A DNA stretch of 64,000 nucleotides, taken from contig OX597823.1 of NCBI GenBank assembly GCA_951406725.2, positions 26,350,001 to 26,414,000 on the forward strand, read 5' to 3'. Within the stretch, counting starts at the first letter, position 1. Each line of letters opens with the position of its first letter. Under the pieces are notes generated by a model. The model was given only the letters and a program-made list of their open reading frames with translations. It searched no databases and had not been told where the DNA came from. This document shows, piece after piece, positions 36,777 through 49,158 of the stretch. This stretch comes from Octopus vulgaris. Taxonomy: Eukaryota. The translations under genes and the position numbers were made by a program.

Positions 36777-38044
36777 TTTTTAGCTTTCCCTTGTTTACCG
36801 GCACATTGCGATCTATCTGATCACCGACACACAGCTATTTCATATTAAGCATCGCATCAGATCTAATGGAAAAACTATGTCCGAGCAGTTAACGATGTTG
36901 CTGCTTGAGCACTTTACCTAATTTAGTCTTTTGTCAAGTATAACAAAACATGACAATAAACAATAGATGTCGCAAGCTTTAATGTTTTTGTTTTACAACA
37001 GATAGCAAGAACCTAATAGAGATTTGTATTTGTCAACTTTTACTGGCAAATACTGCAACATTTACGGCTGAACGGATGTGTTTAGCAAAACGATTAACGA
37101 ATAAGAGAAATAAAATTCTTTGGCTAAACTTTAGTTACAAATAACCAACAAAATAAATCTGACTGAAGTTGTTGCGAATAAACGAAAGAATTTCAGCATA
37201 TTCCGACTGATAAGTTAAATAATAAAGCTTTATAATTATGACTGTTTTTCTCTCTTGAATGGCATCCAATAGCCTATAATTGAATGATCCCTACAAATTT
37301 TAATCAAAACTTTCCAAATCTCTGAGGCGTGAAATAATACAGATGACGGTAGCAGAGAAATGAATTATATTTCTGTGCTTCAAGTTCTTGTTGATGTCAT
37401 TCGTCAGTAATCGCTATTTTGACTGCTTGACTGGCAGATACGTTAGTATATTACATCACCGTATCTAGTTATAACACTACGTTCCGAGTTCAAATCCCGC
37501 AGAGGAGGATATAGTTGATTAACTCAGTACTTGTCTGGTACTTTGTTTTACCGGCCTCAGAATTAGACACAAGGCTACAAACTTTTGGGAAGGATATTGT
37601 CAATGAAATCCAATCTGCTTGATTGTAGGTACAACCGAAAGGGAATATCACTGTATAATCAAATATCAGTTATGGGAGCCATAATAATACTGATTTCTAA
37701 CATTGGCACAGAACCACACATTTAAAGGACGGGTGTAAGCTATTAAATCGATCTAGTATTTGATGGATGTTTTATTTTGCCTTGTCTTGTGCTCTCAACT
37801 TGTTGGAGTCGTCGGAACGCTGTTTTAATATACGGCGTGACTGAGCATTTTTAGACCTGACGGGAACAATCCCACTCCAGATCTGAGCAGCCGATTTCTT
37901 CTAGAAAGAGAGAAATGCAGACAGAAAGAATGAAAAAATAAGAGTACAGGAATGTTACTCCATTTTATCGATCTCTGGGAGATGAGAAGCAAAGTCAATT
38001 TCAGCGGGATCAGAACGAAAAATGACGTAATATCTACTACATAA

Positions 38045-38340
38045 TATTATAATAATAATAATATTAATAATGATTTATTATTAATCCTTGAGTTAATAAA
38101 TATTTTAACTTTTCTGGAGGTGGGGGTTCAAGTTTGTTTATATTTTATAACGTCTTATTTATCTCAAGGATTAATAATAAATCATTATTAATATTATTAT
38201 TATTATAATAATAATAATATTAATAATGATTTATTATTAATCCTTGAGAATAAATAAGACGTTATAAAATATAAAGCAAACTTGAACCCCCACCTCCAGA
38301 AAAGTTAAAATATTTATTAACTCAAGAAAATAATAAATAG
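38045..38340. repeat. Nested palindrome (two inverted mini-MITE-like units)
   Basis: Arms of about 135 bp are inverted around ~38207. Each arm is itself bounded by the IR atgatttattattaatccttgag / ctcaaggattaataataaatcat. Confidence 0.8.
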
Positions 38341-38918
38341 TATTCATTTCTTTAATATTGGCAAAAAGCCAAAGGTTTGGGGGCAATAGGGTCGATTTAA
38401 TCGACCTCTATTTGTTTGGTATACCGACGCTGACAATGAATAATATTAAAAAACAAAAACAACAACCATAATAACAATTATGATAGTAATAGATTTTATA
38501 GCATAAGTACATGCTCCAGAATTTAAGGAAAGATGTTAATCGATTACATCGACACCAGTTCTTGACTAGTACTTTATTTTTACCGACCCTGAAAGATAAA
38601 AGGTAAAATTGGCCTCGGCGAGATTTGAACTCGGGACGTAAAGAGCCGAAGCAACAATTTTAATAATTAAAATAATTTTTAATATTATGTAAGAAATTAT
38701 TGTTATATTTTAGAAATCCTTCTTTTCTTCAACATAATTATTATGGTGATTATTATTATTATTATCGTTATCAATATCGAAAAAATGAAACTGCAAATAG
38801 TTATTCGTAATAATCCGGTGATTGTCGGTAGAGAGAGAGCTAGAGGCGTCTTGTAATTTGCATAGAGTCCCCGATTCTATGGGAAGACGTTGATAATGGT
38901 TCAGAAGCTTCTTTCGAA

Positions 38919-39049
38919 ATGGAGGAAACGAAGTGTGTGTCATATAGAATGATGATACCAAATGGAATTTTACTCAACACCTGTTACAATTCTTTCCCAG
39001 TCATTGACAATCCACCCAAAAATGAGCTCATTTTACCCAAAGAGACAGG
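38919..39049 (+). CDS. ZGLP1: ZGLP1-like GATA-type zinc-finger protein, coding exon 1 (putative)
   Basis: MEETKCVSYRMMIPNGILLNTCYNSFPVIDNPPKNELILPKET, then phase-2 donor gg|GTATGT at 39050, which matches the phase of exon 2. An upstream acceptor at 38865 is an alternative. Confidence 0.6.
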
Positions 39050-39056
39050 GTATGTA

Positions 39057-39096
<40 letters not shown>

Positions 39097-41203
39097 GTTA
39101 TTGTTTAGTCTCAATGTCTTTTGATATCTGATCGAGATCTATGATCAAAAGGTTCCCAGCCATGATCATCACCTCTTTTTGTAGGCCAGTATTATTTATC
39201 TAGGATGTATTATGTCTTCTTTTCAAGAGGTTAGGGGGTATGATTTGATGGAGAGCTTTCTGCATTGAATTTCCCTCTTTGATCTTGTGTGTTTGTGGAT
39301 ATACAGATGTGTATAAAAATGTTTATGTAGATGTGTGTAAAGATGTATGTTTAGGTGTGTTAAACACGATTACACGGAGGTTTGCAAATGTATATAAATG
39401 TGTGAATATGTAGATTAATTAAAAACTACAAAATGATCGCGATTTATTTGACATCCTTTTAGAACTCAAGCATTCATATCTTAAGATCACCAGAAGGGTT
39501 TTAACATATTTATTGACTGAGATATGTTGTAATGTAAGAATTATGGTGAGCTATTGTTCTTTCTCCAAGAAACCTAGTTCAGCTTAAACGAAGCATCAGT
39601 CATTGAGCTAATGTTTTCTTCTCACCACCACATTTTTATATATATAACATATAAACATGTTCATCTTTTAGAACATTGCCATAAGATTTTGCTGGCAAAT
39701 TTTTAAATTAACATAAACATTTATTTGCATGAAAGAAAATTACTAGAGAACTTTCTAATTCTTCCAAATCTCTCTGTTAAAACTATTGAAACCATTTGTG
39801 GGAAATATATTCTGTATTGTAATTACACTGAATTAGCAAGTTGTGCGACGAAATTTTTGACATTTCCTGAAATAAATTTAAAGTTAATTTAACAGCTTTG
39901 TATGTTATTAAATGACTATCCCCACGGCTTAGCTGCAAATATAAATGGACAATGGCAATAAAAATTGTTCAAAAAGGTACACACATTCCCTAAATTAATC
40001 AATATAAGGCATACTACCATTTCTCTCAAAAGCGTTACGAATTAATCATATATATTCCTTTATTAATTAAGATGGATGGCTCTGACGCAACTTAAATTCT
40101 GAACCCGAGAGGTTGCTATATATTACTGTCTTTTCAACAAGTGTATTCTGGGTTGTGCATTTGTAACTGTCTGTAATTTATGTATTTATAGGGGGACCCG
40201 TTTTTTACCTTTTTGTTACCTGCAAAGAAAAAGGGTTTGTTATTAATGATGTTACTGTTTGTAATTTTGCGAGAAACTTTTTGACGTACCGCCCACCCAT
40301 TTGTGTGTGTAATTTAATTCTATTAAGGTTTCGTTTCCGATTTATTGATATTTTTGACTATCTTTGTTGAAGCGAGTGCAAGTTGAAATAAATTTCAGTC
40401 TATGAAAAAAGTTATGATTAGTTTAAACAAATGTCAAGTCAACAAATATAGCGTAAATTAAATTCTGCTTCGTCAGTTTCAAAACCATAGAACTTTTTTT
40501 TTTTTTGCCAAAGAAACGATTTTCTCAGAAGATCAAGTCTTGTCGACTTCAGACTTTTGATATTTTGCCAATGAAAGCATTTGAGAGAATTAACGTACCT
40601 AATTGTCCAGAATTACGAGTCAACAATGTTCTAGAACTACCTATAAAATAATTAATAATAAAAGTTTCTAACATTGAGAGGCCAAGGATTTTAGGGGAAG
40701 TGTGTAAGCAAATTACATCAACCTTCATTCAGTATTTGTTTGCTTTGTCGACATAAGCATTATATGAAAGATAAACATAAGTTAATGACATTCATAATAT
40801 ATATAACTTAATATTTTATCTAGACAACTCATTCTTTTATGTTCCCTTCCACTCGTGCTTTTTTTCTGTTCGCCATTTATTCACAAGACTGGAGTAAAAT
40901 CCTACGAAGTACTTTATATAACATCTATTAAGGTCTTGGTAATTGTGAATTCATGCGAAAAGAAAGTTTAAGAAACACACAGACTGAGTATTGAAAGTAA
41001 AGAATCAACATTTTTTTTAAAGTAATTAAATTAATTATTTGGCTGGGAAATTAATCGAAAATCATTTCTATTAATTTCCTGATTTCTGCAACTGAAATTC
41101 TTTCTTAAACTGAGGTTTCTCTAATAAATAACATTGTTTCACTTCCATAAATATTTCTCCCTGACACAATAACACCATATGGCTTCTTTCCATTCTTTTG
41201 TAG

Positions 41204-41536
41204 AATTTCAACGCATCTATTTTCCGACCGCTTTTCGTATGCCAAGCGATTAAAGGAGGCGAAAGGCATACCACGACCTTCTCAGGACCGTTTGGAGGAA
41301 CAACGGGCTTCCCCTTTGTTGTTCACAAGTCCCACCTTCAACCTTCCTTCTTCCCCGACTTCGATCTATTCTTCACCTTCTCCTCCAACATCAGATGTTA
41401 AAGTGAACCGGAGGAAGTCATCTGTTCCCTACAAAAGTCCAGTGAGGTTTGATCCAAGTTTTCGTGGAATATTATTTACGTTTCATATTAAACTAGTAAA
41501 TAACGAAAGCCAGTTAATCATTAAAACATTGTTCAA
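41204..41536 (+). CDS. ZGLP1: ZGLP1-like protein, exon 2
   Basis: Acceptor cattcttttgTAG and donor aa|GTAAGT. Encodes ...RRKSSVPYKSPVRFDPSFRGILFTFHIKL...QLII, which resembles the ZGLP1 conserved RK.P....DP.F.GV.. motif. Confidence 0.85.
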
Positions 41537-42316
41537 GTAAGTTTAATTCATTATACTTTTTCCTTCTGTTTATTAAGTAATCAACAATAGTGGGATTGAA
41601 TTAAAATCATTACAGCTAAATTCCTTTCTTGTTTCGCTAGTCTTTGAGAGTCTAACTTCTTACCATATTGTCATAATGGCTCCATGTGGCCAATTACCGC
41701 AGGAATATAACTGGTTTTTTTTTTTTCGAATAAAATGTAGCTTGTCTGTTTTTTCTTCGTTCTATGTACGTTTTCTTATTCAATATTTTTTTTTGTAATG
41801 GTATAAGGCATGGACTGGCAGAATCGTTAGCACTTCCGGACCACTAGTATCGGCCATGACTAATATTCTCAATAATTTACTGGAATTTGCTCTGTCTGTA
41901 ATCTGATTGCAGCCATTTTATTTTAGTTCAGCCTCTAATCTAATATTAAGGCAAATCATCAATATAGCTTTTATAATATTGAGATTTTGCTACGTCTAAC
42001 AAATCAATATGTAAAAATGGATACAAATGTTTTTTTTTTACTCTCTTTGAACATTATATAGTTTAATAGACACATTAACGTTGCCACACACACACAGAGG
42101 TTCAGTTCTAAGACTGGCTTCTGCATTATGTCCTAGAACAAGGTGCTTCAGGCTACTTTACTCAAAATGGATACCAGTCTACTAATGGTACAGCCCTTTC
42201 TTCCTCCTGTTTCATGGCCTTGCTGGGTCAAGACAGCATCTTTGTCTAGCTTTATCTTCCAGTCTGCTTTAATATTACACCAGATTTATTTCCAATATTC
42301 TGCTGATCCCAAACTC

Positions 42317-43088
42317 GGATCTTTTCCTTTTGAACGGCACTTTGTAACATAATTTCTAGGTAACTAAAAAGTTTTAAACTTCGTATACTGGTAGAATGTG
42401 TTTATAAAACATCATTTTCTCTTGGCTTTATTGAGAAAATTCTATAGGTTGTAACATATTTCGGCAATTTTAACCAATTAATTACCTCCATTGACGTAAA
42501 TAACATTCTGTGCATAATGAGTATGTCCCTCCTTTAAGAAACAGATTGGGTTTATTTACATTTGTGAAGAAAAAAAGATACCTTTCCCCAACCCCTAACC
42601 CTAACTAACCCTAAATCGAAAATAGATTGAAATGCAATAGATCGATATTAGGGCCATAATTATGGGTGACATTTTCATTTGACACCGCTAGAAAAAAATC
42701 CCATTTTCCGTAGCGGTGACATATGAAGTTGTCACCCATAATTATAACCCTAGTATCAATCTATTGCATTTCAATCTATTTTAGATTTAGGGGTGGGGGA
42801 AGGGTATCTTTTTTCTTCACAAATGTAAATAAACCCAATCTGTTTCTTAAAGGAGGGACATATTCATTATGCACAGAATGTTATTTATGTCAATGAAGGT
42901 AATTGATTAGTTAAAATTGCCGAAATGCAAGAAATTTTAGACGAAATATGTTACAACCTATAGAATTTTCTCAATAAAGCCAAGAGAAAATGATGTTTTA
43001 TAAACACATTCTACCAGTATACGAAGTTTAAAACTTTTTAGTTACCTAGAAATTATGTTACAAAGTGCCGTTCAAAAGGAAAAGATCC
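42317..43088. mobile_element. Merlin-like fold-back MITE
   Basis: GGATCTTTTCC...GGAAAAGATCC termini with 8-bp TSD CCAAACTC (42309-42316, 43089-43096). Arms of about 375 bp contain CCCTAA motifs. Confidence 0.9.
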
Positions 43089-43214
43089 CCAAACTCTATT
43101 AATATCATTTTCTGTCATTGTCTCCTTTTCCTCCCCCTCCTCTTCCCTCACAGACTACTGATTTGGCATATCAACTACACCTCTTTTAGTCTAATAATAG
43201 TAGTCTGTCCTTAT

Positions 43215-43603
43215 TGGCTGTGTGGTAAGTAGCTTGCTAACCAACCACATGGTTGCGGGTTCAGTCCCACTGCGTGGCATCTTGGGCAAGTGTCTTCTGC
43301 TATAGTCCCGGGCCGACCAATGCCTTGTGAGTGGATTTGGTAGACGGAAACTGAAAGAAGCCTGTCGTATATATGTATATATATGTATATATGTGTATCT
43401 GTGTGTGTTTGTCCCCCTAGCATTGCTTGACAACCGATGCTGGTGTGTTTATGTCCCCGTCACTTAGTGGTTCGGCAAAAGAGACCGATAGAATAAGTAC
43501 TGGGCTTACAAAGAATAAGTCCTGGGGTCAATTTGCTCGACTAAAGGCAGTGCTCCAGCATGGCCGCAGTCAAATGACTGAAACAAGTAAAAGAATAAAA
43601 GAG
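43215..43603 (+). mobile_element. SINE family B, full-length
   Basis: tggctgtgtggtaagtagcttgc...gggttcagtccc head, cttgggcaagtg domain and aagtaaaagaataaaagag tail. Confidence 0.85.
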
Positions 43604-43610
43604 TACCTGC

Positions 43611-45390
43611 TATGAGGCTGAAAAGTTCTTGTGGAATCCAAATGAAGATTCTTCCATTGGTCTTTCAGGGCTTGGATCCAATTAGTGAAGAAGTTGGATC
43701 TTTACCTTTTGACCGACAGATTTAAAAAATAATTTTTTGTAACTAAACACTTTCAAACTTTGGACACTGGTAGAATGTGTCATATAAAACATCTTTTACT
43801 CTTAGCGTTTTTGAGAAAAGCTTATATTTAGGAAGTTATTTCATGTTAAAGTTGTCATATTTCATTAATTTCAATCAATCAATGACGTGTATTCAGCTGA
43901 ATAAAATTACTGCTGTTGTTTGTCAACAAGAACTTATGGCAGTGTATATTTTGTTAGTCACTGTTATTTATGACAACCCTAACCCCTTAAAGCTAAAACA
44001 AGTACAAATGCACGAATGATGTCATAAATAACAGTGACAAACGAAAAATACACTGCCGATAGTTGTTGATAAACAACGGCAGTAATTTTATTCAGCTGAA
44101 TACACATCATTGAATGGTTGAAATTACCGAAATATGACTACTTTAATGTGAAATAACTTCCTAGATATAAGCTTTTCTCAAAAACGCTAAGAGTAAAAGA
44201 TGTTTAATATGACACATTCTACCAGTGTTGGAAGTTTGAAAGTCTTTAGTTACAAAAAATTATTTTAAAAATCTGTTGGTGGAAAGGTAAAGATCCAAGA
44301 AGTTTCCATCCTGCTGGTAAAAAAGTCATCAACAACAGATATGATGCCATCAGCATTGTGATACTGGTTCCTAACCAAGAGTTTTTTTCATGTTGGGGCC
44401 AGATCAGGAGAATAAGGAGCGTGATCAACTAGTTGAAAGCCACAGTCAAGCACAGCAGCCATTGAAAACAAAGACTTGTGTGCTTGTGCATTGTCCAGAT
44501 GAAACAAAACCCCTTTCGTAAGTTTCCCTGGGCATATGGTTTTGATAACCTTTTGTAACTGCCTCACCAAGTTGGCACAGTATCCTCCATTAATGGTATG
44601 GCCCTTTTGGAGATAGTCAATTAAACACAATGCCTTTTGCATCTTAATAAATTGACGCCATTGCTTTCCCTTTAGATGAAACAACCTTGGCCTTCTTTGG
44701 AACAGGTGAGGACGAGTGTTTCCACTGGATGGATTGTCTCTTTGTTTCTGGTTCACACTCATCCTGAGTTAATAAACGTTCAAGAATATCAGCTGGATCT
44801 GCCTCCAACAATGTCAGGTTTTCCGGTGATCAGGTGTCAGAATACATGGCATCCACTGAGCAGAAAGCTTCATCATGCCAAGTTAGTTCATTGTGAAGAA
44901 TATTCTCAACTCCCCCATGAAATATGTTGATAGCATTGACTATTTGATTTATAGTTAATTGCCTGTCATTCATCACCATGTGGTGAACACGATCAATGTT
45001 TTCCTTGGTGGTGAAAGTTGCAGGACATCCAGACCTTGGGTCATCTTCAAGCCTCATCCTTCTCCTCCTAAATTCAGTTACCCACTTTTGCACTGTTGCT
45101 AAACCTGGAGCATCATCCCCTAATGTAGCAACCATGTCACATGAATGTCATTGGGGGTTAAACCTTTTTTCTGCAAGTACTTGATAACAACATGATGCCA
45201 AATTTTGTCTATTTTCAAGAAAAGTTACTGCTAGTTACTTTTGAAGTCTATGAAGAGTGAGTGTCAGTTTGTTTGGAATAAAACAATGTAGTTATTAATA
45301 AAAATAGTTGAAATTAATGCCTGTAAGATTTCACTGCTTCAGCATCACTTCTTCATAGTTGGCCTATGAACTTTTGAACCCAACCTTGTA
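43611..45390 (-). mobile_element. Degenerate mariner transposon, interrupted by a MITE
   Basis: HTH LGDDAPGLATVQKWVTEFRR..LEDDPRSGCP, plus HLDNA and HAPYSPDLAP. The C-terminus continues across the 43696-44296 insertion. Degenerate TIRs share aaaagttc. Confidence 0.85.
43696..44296. mobile_element. Merlin-like fold-back MITE (related subfamily)
   Basis: GGATCTTTACC...GGTAAAGATCC termini with 8-bp TSD AAGAAGTT (43688-43695, 44297-44304). Near-palindromic, with central ccctaacccc. Confidence 0.9.
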
Positions 45391-45659
45391 TTTCAAGTGA
45401 CAGGGATTTCTTTACTTGCTTAACCTGTCTATATAACACTGTCTTAAATTTTACATATTTTTTTTTCTACATTCACTATAAGTAACATTGTTTTCTGTAG
45501 TCTTTCACACTTCAAAAAGTTCTCACCTGTGCTCCACTTTGTTCTTCATTCTATTATTTGAAAATTTCCAAAACAAGTAAATTTACCTTCTCTCTTCCTC
45601 AAACTTCTTTCTAACCACAGATCTTCATGTGTTCATTTCAATTTCATAGATAAATTAGC

Positions 45660-47440
45660 AGTTTCATTTATCTCTGCCTATGCTCTTCAGTCAGGGCTGA
45701 CTGATGAGTAGAAGGACCAATTCTATGAGGTCCTCTTGCAGACTACCTCGACGACAAATGACAGACTTTGTTATAGTGGCTGGTGACTTGTTGGATAGCA
45801 TCCCCATGGATTTCAGGGGTGCATGGGGGCTATGGCTTTGAACCTAGAAATGAGAAGGGAACAAGACTGCTAGAGTTCTGTGATACAAATGATCTCTGCA
45901 ACACTAATTTCAGAAAACCAGCCAGCCAGCCACGTATCAGTCAGGTGGGCACATAAGCCAGATTAACTACTTCTTTACCAAGCAATGAGATAGATGGATG
46001 CTTAAAAATACAAAGTCTTTCCCAGGTGAAGAGTGTACAACCCAGCATAGGTTGCTAGTTAGTGACTTCAGAATTAGAACTAGAAAGACTCGGAGAAATA
46101 AATCAATCTGGAAAAGAAGACTATAGAAGCTCAAAGACCCACAAACAGACAAAAATCTAGAAATTTCCTAATGGAAGCTTCTGACGAAAGAGAGGAAGAG
46201 TTGGCGACACATAACTTAGAGGACAGTTGGAAGTTCCTGTGGGACAATCTTCTGAGGGCTACAGATGAAATCTGTGGTTGGTACAGAGTCCCAGCTAGAT
46301 CAAGAGTGACATGGTGGTGGAACAAGGAGGTAGACAGTGCTATAAAGCAAAGAGACAGGTCTGGAAAGATTGGAAAAATGGTGGAATTATATCATGTAGT
46401 CAAAAGGGCAGCTAGGTTTACGTAGCAAAAGGAATAGCTGAAGGTAAGAGATTTGCCAATGTTCTACAGCATGAGGATCAGAGGTGTGAGGTGACACACT
46501 ATATCATTGCTATCTGCTAGCCCCTGACCTGTGTGTTCCATCCACATGTAACAAGACTTTTCACACATCCTACCCCAACAAACCAATCTACACTTCTATT
46601 CTTCACATTTCTTCCTTCCTGCACTATGCCTATCTCTCACTCCCCAATCCTGTCCTCACAGCCTTGTTTCTCTGTATCATTGCTATCCAGTAGCCCCACT
46701 ACTCTATATATACCCAGGTTTCACCACTAACCCCTCTCCTTCTGCACTTGCCAATCACACTTTTTTCACAATATCCTGCCACTTCAGACCTCAAGGTTAT
46801 GTCCTGGTACTTGCCACCATCTATATCTCTCTCTGCCTTTGCTCAACCATCCCATTTATATTCTGATCCCCATCCCTTTTGCCACCATCTCTATCCTGCT
46901 GTCTCCCACTCTCCTTCTTCTGCACTTCCCTCAGGTCGGGCAACCATGTATCTCCTTTGCGGCAGCACACCTGTTTCTGTCTTCAATCCTGATCTCTCTC
47001 TGGCCAGGTGACCTTGTACCTCCTCTATAGCAAGACACCTGTTTCTGTCTCTCTTACTATAACCTTTTGTCATCTGACACAAGATCACCTCCTCCAATGC
47101 CCCCTCCCTCCTCAAAAGAATTTTGTCTTGCAAGGTACTTGGTAACCCTGTCAATGCAGGTGCCACTTAAAAAGCATCCAGTCCACACTGTAAAGTGGTT
47201 GGTGTTTGGAAGGACATCCAGCTGTAAAAACCTTGCCAAAATTGATCTCGTCTGTTGTGCCACATAAAAAGCACTCAGTCCATTCTGCTGGGTAGTTTGT
47301 GTTAGGAAGGGCATCCAGCTGTAAAAATCCTGTCAAAGCAGTCAAAGAAGTCTGGTGCAGGCTTCTGCTGGCTGGCTCCTGTCAAACTGTCCCACCTCTG
47401 CCAACATGGAAGATATACCTTAAATGATGATGACGATGAT
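45660..47440 (+). mobile_element. Internally deleted, older RTE LINE copy (endonuclease region joined to 3' UTR)
   Basis: 45660-46490 is homologous to 21990-22860 (FPGEECTTQHRLLV, WKFLWDNLLRATDEICGW). It then jumps to the 3' UTR repeat ending in (ATG)n at about 47440. Confidence 0.8.
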
Positions 47441-48532
47441 AAAATCTCTTTCTCTTCTGTATATGTACAAAACCTCTGTGTTCAGACAGCCCACCCCTTT
47501 CTTTGTTATATATATCAATAGAACCCCAAAACTTTTTCACTTGAAAACCTCATTTAGAGAAAAACATATGGCCAAATGTAATTAATCACCTTTTTATTTT
47601 AATGAAATGTATAATAATATGCATAAATTTTTTTTTATTGATTTGGTGGGATACTGGTAAGATTGAACTCTTAATCTTTTGCTTGTCCTGTGTCATTTAT
47701 GACACACAGGTCATATTTCCCTGGCATCCCTACATCATAATTTAAACATTGTAGATGGTATACGATTTTTTTCAACCACCAGATTAGGTGCACTCTATAC
47801 AACAATTTCAGTATATATATATTAAAGGAAAGTTTTATATTGCTCAGAATGTATGAAAGACAGACTAACTGAAAATAAACAGACATTTAGGAAAAACTTA
47901 CTAAAATGATTTGGAGAGGCAAAGGATTAACACTCAGTGTAAACTTTTGTATGTTGATGGCTGCAGGGAAACATGTGCAGCAAGGAGATTCCTGAAGGAT
48001 GACCTTCTGAGAAGAAAGGAATGGGAAAAGGGGTTGGTTCCAGGGGTGGTAGTAGATACATGGGTTGCAAGAGAAAGAAAGACAGATTTGCTGAATTTAC
48101 TTTAGTAGAAGAGCAGTGAGAACAGCTATCTTCCGAGAAGATATTGTTGTAGAAAAAGCAGAAAGAGAGGAGACAGCATGTCTGGGTGGGGAGGGGAGGA
48201 GAGGTTGGAGTGTGTTGGTGAGTGATTTCATACAAATCAGTTGAGTGGCCTTTCTGACAGCACTGCACCATTTGTGGGGAAGAAGCACTCTATTCTGTGT
48301 GGCTACAAAGGCCTGCTTCTGAGATGCTGTCTTTATGTTGAGGATGTGCATTTACCAGGAAAGATCCTTAGTGATAGAGGCTTAGCACTGAAAGCCCTTG
48401 TTAGGGTTCCAGTTGTGTACTGCTTATGTTTCAGGGTGTGAGGTGCAATACTTTTTACTCCATCTGCTCTGAGTACATCTCTATCATGAATCTTTAGCAG
48501 TCATGCTCTCTCCCTATGCTCTATACTTATTT

Positions 48533-48752
48533 CTTTACTACCCACAAGGGGCTAAACACAGAGAGGACAAACAAGGACAGACAAACGGATTAAGTCGATT
48601 ATATCGACCCCAGTGCGTAACTGGTACTTATTTAATTGACCCCGAAAGGATGAAAGGCAAAGTCGACCTCGGCGGAATTTGAACTCAGAACGTAGCAGCA
48701 GACAAAATACCGCTAAGCATTTCGCCCGGCATGCTAATGATTCTGCCAGCTC
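48533..48752 (-). mobile_element. SINE family A, young copy
   Basis: Reverse complement of 2257-2488. Confidence 0.85.
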
Positions 48753-49122
48753 GGTGCCCTATGCTCTATACCATCACATCACTTCTCCTTACCATGCTCT
48801 CTGTTAGTCTCTCACTCCTTTCTATTCACTTTCATCACAGTTTTCCCTCATCATGGTCTCACTCCAATATTGTCTTTTCTATTACTCTCTCACTCCAATC
48901 ACTGTCTCTTCCCCATTATACTCATCCCCCACAATCTGCACAATCTGCTATTCGTCCTCTTGGTCATGTTTCCTTGAGCAAACAGACTCTGTAGAGTAGT
49001 AATGATTCTTTCATCTTGTGGATCACAAAGCAAACTCAATATCATGGTGATACCTTGATAAAATACATCTAGTATACAAGTGGTTTGCAAATCAGTGGAA
49101 ACAATATTTAAGAGGACCATTC

Positions 49123-49158
<36 letters not shown>

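Noticed and set aside
45701-45720. Other CTGATGA matches (also 25431 and 29022)
   Set aside because: They lie in retroelement coding sequence and lack stem II plus GAAA, so they are not hammerheads.
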